A stretch of DNA of 15,553 bases. Origin: Octopus sinensis (taxonomy: Eukaryota). This document shows, in pieces, positions 9,627 through 15,553 of this stretch. Every line of letters begins with the position of its first letter. Positions within the stretch are counted from its first letter, which is position 1. A program made the position numbers and the translations under genes. The DNA is taken from NCBI RefSeq assembly GCF_006345805.1, contig NW_021825431.1, positions 1 through 15,553 on the forward strand, in the 5' to 3' direction. The notes under the pieces are model-generated. The model searched no databases and was not told the origin of the DNA. It saw nothing but the letters and a program-made list of their open reading frames with translations.

Positions 9627-9785
9627 CATTTTTTCTCTCTTTGTTTTTTCTGTGTCCCTTTCTGTAGAAGAGCGTAGGCTCGAAACGTAAAAGACTTTTT
9701 CTTTTCCTGAGCGTTATACTAATACATCTGTTTGTTTTGTACACCACCTGTCTTCGTCTTCTGTTTTTTTTTCGTAAACTCTCCC
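9627..9785 (+). mobile_element. Short non-autonomous element with a hammerhead motif (Penelope-like terminal-repeat derivative), ending at (TA)n
   Basis: Contains the hammerhead-like motif at 9658-9693. Shares the downstream motif order CTGAGCGT...TAATAC...TTTGTT...TGTTTT...TAAACT with 15162-15368 (minus). Abuts (TA)n. Confidence 0.6.
9658..9693 (+). ncRNA. Minimal type I hammerhead ribozyme-like motif, variant core
   Basis: CUUU-CUGUAGA-A-GAGC(GUAG)GCUC-GAAAC-GUA-AAAG. Stem I is CUUU/AAAG and stem II is GAGC/GCUC. The core deviates from CUGANGA at A6 (U here). Confidence 0.6.
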
Positions 9786-9859
<74 letters not shown>

Positions 9860-9871
9860 TATATATATATA
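9786..9871. repeat. (TA)n microsatellite
   Basis: Directly visible, with two single-base slips. Confidence 0.98.
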
Positions 9872-10419
9872 ATTCAAGAGAGTTAGAGGTTGTGAATCCA
9901 ACCAACCAAGGGATAATATCTATCCAATATACTGCTGGTAGAATACCCATTTATTAATACACAAGTGTTCTGTCATTGCATGGCAATTACATTACCGAGT
10001 GTAATAAATGGGTGAGAGTAAAATGTTATTTTACCCTTAATCTATACAGTAATAAGAAAATGGAGAGGATCAAGAGGTGGTATTCATCAACTTTTAAACA
10101 TTATATTATGTCATTTATATTTTTTTAAAAGACAATTATAGCAATATACATACCTGTATAACATATATAATATATATATATATATATATATAATGTATAA
10201 TATATAAAAATACCAGTAATTATTAAAATATATAACACAGAGCATAGAAAGTAGAATAATATCTTACAGCTGTTTCAGTGAAGAGGCCATAATACCCCAT
10301 TCTACTTTTACCCCTCCAGTGAACTGAAGTATTTGGTAGATAAGATTAAGGTACTTGGGTATGGTTCTGGGCTTCGACAGAGAGTTTAGAAAGTTCATAA
10401 GGTTAACTTATGAATATAA

Positions 10420-10688
10420 ATACACACATTCTTGCATACTTTTACATATACACACATAAACATAAATATACATAAACACATATACACATATGTATATGTA
10501 TATGCATACAAAGTAATCATTTATTATTATTATTATTAGGAATATTATATTATATTATTCGTATTAGCTGAAGTATAAACAGATGTAGGAGAAAGTTATT
10601 AAAAGAAAAATAATAGTGAAGTTTAAAAAATTAATGTACCTTAATATTATTGTAGTTATGTAGGAATGAAAAGGTATATACACGAGGA

Positions 10689-10723
<35 letters not shown>

Positions 10724-10763
10724 ATATATATATACATACATATATATACATATGCATATACAT

Positions 10764-10816
<53 letters not shown>

Positions 10817-10915
10817 CTTAAGTGTGTGTTGAGAAGGGAGTATTATTGCAGCTGTTTGTATTATTCTTTTTATATAATTATAATTATACAAAAACATATA
10901 TATACATATAGACAT
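10420..10915. repeat. TA/CA/TAT low-complexity cluster
   Basis: Several (TA)n, (CA)n and (TAT)n runs. Confidence 0.85.
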
Positions 10916-11231
10916 GTGATGTGTTTTCTATTGACGGCTTTAACTGTGATATTAGTTGGTACTGCAAGTCATAAATTTCCAGCTATTAATCAAAATGCTT
11001 CATTATTTTCCGTTATTTTTTGTTTATCAAATAGCTGACATCCTGCGGGAAGTGGGGAGGAGGTTTTTGCTCAGTCCCGTAATCTAATTGGTCATCTATT
11101 ATTTTTAAAAGGCCATGACTTTCTTATGGTTGGTGAAAGGATAACCGATAATATAAAACAAGTTAGGCAAAAATATATATAAATAAAACAAAAACAAAAA
11201 CAAAATGTAGATGAATCCATATATATATCTA

Positions 11232-12429
11232 CGAGCAAAACGTCCCCCGTCTAATGAACGTTGCTGAGTTGTCAAACATTTAAACCAAATTTTCTCAAAA
11301 CAACTTGTCCGACCGTCCCATAGGCTTCCCCTTTGAGAAACACTGATTTAACCTAAATTTGAGACACCAGCAAAAGAAGAAATAAAGATAGACTTTTTTC
11401 CATTCCAAAGAAAAACGATTTTATTCACACAAATACGCAACCGAAGAAGGAACATTTCATGAGCAAGTAAAGACATTAAAAGTTGTCAAGATTGATGTCA
11501 ACACAAAGAGGCAAGGTGCACATATTTTACATGTAAATGCTGTGCAATTGAACTTCAACTTTAGGGAAATAACTGTCTTCTCGCCGTAAAAACACCAATA
11601 CCTTTGAAACAATAACACAATTATAATTAAAAATGCAAAAGTATCGCATTTTCATCCAAAAAAACACAAAAACTGGTCAATTGTAGGTTAATTGTGTACG
11701 TTTAGAAAATGCAAATATGCACGATTAAGAAACAAGCAAATGGTCCTTTGTTTTTAAAATTGAAGTATTTTGACTACATTCACCTCGTAATAAAGCTCAA
11801 ACAATCTTGATTGAATACAATAATGGTTTTCTTTCACTAAAAAAACACTTTTTTAGGTTTATAGCTGTAAGGCAACAAAAATCATTTATTAGCAAGAAAA
11901 TAGTATTTTCTTCCTTGAATAAAAAGCAATCAGTGTTTTCTTTTCATTAAAAAATAATTAAGCATTCCTATATTTCAATAAAATTTTTGGTTTTGCTAAA
12001 CGAAGTTAAGGCAACACCCAACCCCCACCCCCAAATACTTCTTGAGAAACCAAATAGTCTTTCCTTCCTTCATGCCAAGTTTGAAGAAAATATCTCTTTT
12101 GCATCTTACTTTTTGGTCTCTTAAATATACTTCATTTTGTGGCATTATTTCAAGCCAGCCGACATATTTGTGCAAACTGCACGTGCATTTCTCTCGCGTA
12201 CGCGTAGTATCGATCGCAACAGCTGATGTACTTGCGCGTAAACATGCACGTTCCCACGGCTTTATCGATCGTATTATCACCTGGAATCGATTTTTGTAAT
12301 TTTTCAAGACTTATACACGCCCTAATACCGTCAGTATCTACATATCAAATTTGAGCGCAATCGGATGGAGGATGCCCGAGATCCTAGAAGACAAACACAC
12401 AGACAGACAGAACGATTTTATATAATAGA
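11232..12429 (-). mobile_element. Non-autonomous Helitron-like element (~1.2 kb)
   Basis: Minus strand reads host A | TCTATTATATAAAATCGTTCTGTCTGTCTGTGTG... (5' TC followed by a CTGT microsatellite). It ends ...CGTTC-attagacggg-GGACG-TTTTG-CTCG | host T, i.e. a small subterminal hairpin, a CTAG-like end with one mismatch, an A|T insertion site and no TSD. No RepHel ORF is present. Confidence 0.65.
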
Positions 12430-12524
12430 TATGAATTTTAAGTTAAAGTGATATTACTAAGGGGATAATGTTTTAATATACTGTATATGAAAGATAATTT
12501 ATTACAAATTTATTTTTAACAAAA

Positions 12525-12707
12525 CAGTATATAATATTACATGTATATGCAGATATATGTGGGTTTAGGTAGGTATGCATATGATTTTGTTTTATGCTGG
12601 TACCTTATGTGTATGTGTATATGTATATATGTGCATATGTGTATATATGTATGTATATGTATGTATATATATATATATGGGTTGTAATATATATAATATA
12701 TATGTGC

Positions 12708-12748
<41 letters not shown>

Positions 12749-12865
12749 ATACATATATATATACATGTATTATAATATATATTACATTATATATATATAC
12801 ACATTATAAATATGTATATATATATATATATATATGTGGTGTGTATACATATAAATACATATAAA
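12525..12865. repeat. TA/TG/TATG compound microsatellite
   Basis: Directly visible. Confidence 0.9.
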
Positions 12866-13659
12866 TAATTCGTGTCATCAAAGTATTTGTAATGCCTCCC
12901 CCAAAATCAAATATGCTTATTACCAGAAAAGATAAGAAATTAAAAGATTTAATTACCAATAGAAGGCTTGTTCAAAGTAAAGAATAATCGATGAACCTGA
13001 AAGAGTTGTTGACAATGGGAAAGCTTGGTCTAAACAACAACTGTCAATAACCATGGTAATGGTACATGGCTATTTATATACATATCTGCACACAAGGAGA
13101 ATATTTACATTTGCAAATATGACTAGTAACAGCAAAAATTTGTGATTTACTGTATGAAATGCCCGAATTCTGAGGAAAAGTATATCTAGCAGACCGGTAA
13201 TTCATTATCAGAATGCATGTGAGTACACAATCAGCAAATTAGGTGCCCTAAGTGCTAGTTAGAATCTTGCTGTGATGAAGATGTTTTAATATTTCTGTTT
13301 TATAAAGTTTATGAAACAAAAGAATCTACAAGAAAGGCGAAAGAAAAAATTCTTGAGATGGTATAATTAGTTGTGAAAGGACAATTACATTAATGAGAAA
13401 TTAATTTGGTTTCAAAATTAAATTCACTGAAAATCTTCTGCAATTCTGTATGAATTCTAGTGATTATTCCCCTTTAAATAACCTACAAACCTATCTATAG
13501 TAAATGTTTCTATGTAAATAATCACTTTTACCTGAAGCTGTTGTATAAAAAAATGCTAGTATTTGCAAGAATACAAAATTAAAAGTGTAAACCCAGTCAT
13601 GTTGGAATTGGATTCACCAATATATTATCTCTACACAATATTAAAAACTTTAGTCCATG

Positions 13660-13885
13660 TGCACTTACATACATACATATATATACATGTATATCCCTAG
13701 GTAAATATATATATGTGTGTGTGTGTGTATATACATTTATATATATATATATGTATACGTATAAATATGTGTATATTTATATGTATATATATATATACAC
13801 AAACAAGTTTATACATACATATATATATATAGAGAGATAGAGAAAGAGAGGTAGACAGACAGAGAGAGCTAGATAGATACACATA

Positions 13886-13929
<44 letters not shown>

Positions 13930-14088
13930 TATATATATGCTAAATTATATATATATATAAGTAACGATATATATATATATAAAGGTATATATATTTATAT
14001 TACATATATGTGTGTATATATATAACATATATATAAACATGTATGTATATATATACATATATATATATATGTATGTATATATACATAC

Positions 14089-14126
<38 letters not shown>

Positions 14127-14132
14127 ATGTGT

Positions 14133-14172
<40 letters not shown>

Positions 14173-14185
14173 ATACACATACATA
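13660..14185. repeat. TA/GA/GT compound microsatellite
   Basis: Directly visible. Confidence 0.92.
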
Positions 14186-14514
14186 TGGATGAATATATTT
14201 GATTCTGCAAACGAAAGAAAAAGAAGTCAGCACGCTTTACAGAGTATATATAATCTTTTATTAGTTGTACTATTATGGGACTTACTAAAGAGCCTCAAGG
14301 CATTTATCAAACAGTTGATCAAAAAAATAATGGCGGTCTTTTTTATTTTTACAGTATCTAAAAAGAAGGTTCTAAATAGCTCTAAGAAAACCATTACTGT
14401 CACATGAGTACAGTGTTTAAGACTGAAAACTTACTGGTTTCATGCACTGTAAATGAAAGATGGTGTATGTGTGTGTAACAAAAGTACAAACACGCAGAAG
14501 AGTATTTGAATGTA

Positions 14515-14684
14515 GGCGTGTATATACATATATATATATATATATGTGTATACATAGTGTGATATAAGTGCTTATACTATAGATTTGATAATATTGTGAG
14601 ATATAATTTTCTGTGTATATATATACACACACAACACACACACACATACATACATATATGTGTATACATATATATGTATATTAT

Positions 14685-14719
<35 letters not shown>

Positions 14720-14770
14720 ATATATATCTATATATATATATATATAATATATATATATATATACACATTC
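14515..14770. repeat. TA/CA compound microsatellite
   Basis: Directly visible. Confidence 0.9.
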
Positions 14771-14974
14771 ACACAGAAGGACGCAATAACAAGCAGCACA
14801 GATATTTATTTGAATAAATAGGCAAGTAAGCTGGTATATTAATAGCATTACGTCAGCTTACATGTCTGCACATACATTCTGTAATGAAAATCACATATTT
14901 GAACCATATACACACATATGCACACTTGTATTGGTACGTGCAGGTGCATACAGTCACGCCAACACTAGCCATGC

Positions 14975-14985
14975 ATATATATAAT

Positions 14986-15061
<76 letters not shown>

Positions 15062-15161
15062 TGTAGTATATATATTATTTATTATTATATGTATATATAC
15101 ATATATATACATGCATATATAGATATATATACATACATTCAAAAAAATATATATATATATA
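14975..15161. repeat. (TA)n/(TATG)n microsatellite
   Basis: Directly visible. Confidence 0.92.
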
Positions 15162-15368
15162 AGTTTATCAATCCAACATGAAAACAACGAGAAACACAAC
15201 AAGGTGTAGGAACGTGGAACAAATATAGTATTATTGGACGCTCAGAAGAAGGAAAGAAGGAGGGTTTAACGTTTCGAGCTGAGCTCTTCGTCAGAAACAT
15301 AGGAAAAGGAAAGATCCAAAGAAGCGAAGACGGAAGGAAGAAATCGCCAACGGTACACACGCGGTCAC
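15162..15368 (-). mobile_element. Short non-autonomous element with a hammerhead motif (Penelope-like terminal-repeat derivative), ending at (TA)n
   Basis: Pyrimidine-rich minus strand carrying an intact hammerhead core. Downstream motifs are shared with 9627-9785, and its 3' end (TAAACT) runs into (TA)n. Confidence 0.65.
15264..15298 (-). ncRNA. Minimal type I hammerhead ribozyme, intact core
   Basis: GUUU-CUGACGA-A-GAGC(UCA)GCUC-GAAAC-GUU-AAAC. Perfect CUGANGA and GAAA, 4-bp stem I (GUUU/AAAC), 4-bp stem II and a palindromic ACGU stem III. Predicted cleavage is after 15268. Confidence 0.8.
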
Positions 15369-15493
15369 GACTACAGAATATATAGTATAAAAAATAAAAA
15401 CTCGTATTCTCGTACTATGGAGAGCTTCCGCGAGTCACTGTTGTGCATGCATCTGCTCATAAATGTGCGGCACACACTTAATGTACATCTTGT

Positions 15494-15553
15494 ATCTTTT
15501 ACTTGTTTCGATCATTGAACAGCAACCATGTTGGGTCATCGACTAGTCGAAAA
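15494..15553 (-). mobile_element. SINE family A 3' tail fragment (runs off the window end)
   Basis: ATCTTTTACTTGTTTCGATCATTGAACAGCAACCATGTTGGG resembles 4419-4460. Confidence 0.7.

Noticed and set aside
11996-12307. Overlapping 103-aa (minus) and 85-aa (plus) ORFs inside the Helitron-like element
   Set aside because: No HUH/Rep or helicase motifs and no recognisable host domain.
13520-13560. Possible 6-nt microexon on the minus strand (TTTTTTATACAACAG|CTTCAG|GTAAAA)
   Set aside because: The pattern is too short to distinguish from chance without transcript data.
14803-14861. Two adjacent small hairpins (TATTTATT/AATAAATA; GTAAGCTG/CAGCTTAC)
   Set aside because: The 8-bp stems are too short for a pre-miRNA and show no terminal-repeat context; probably chance.
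637-15202. The many 60-170 aa ORFs rich in Y/I/C/V/H/T/L/M/D/S runs
   Set aside because: They are translations of di-, tri- and tetranucleotide repeats, open in several frames and on both strands, with no recognisable domain.

Overview
Repeat-dominated, AT-rich animal genomic DNA with no convincing protein-coding gene. The ORF track is almost entirely translated microsatellite. The repeat families resemble, from memory and without a database check, those of octopus (coleoid cephalopod) genomes. The window holds: (i) large di-, tri- and tetranucleotide simple-repeat tracts; (ii) three tRNA-derived SINE families, called A, B and C here, in about 9 full or partial copies, one with a 20-bp target-site duplication and an internal tandem duplication; (iii) a 5'-truncated LINE 3' end whose terminal stem-loop is shared with SINE A; (iv) a ~1.2-kb non-autonomous Helitron-like element; (v) two related short elements next to (TA)n, each carrying a minimal type I hammerhead ribozyme motif of the kind known from Penelope-like retroelements. 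The hammerheads are the most interesting signal. The copy at 15264-15298 (minus) has an intact core, the two copies show a compensatory stem I change, and their loop-less palindromic stem III implies cleavage as a dimer. All alignments were done by eye.
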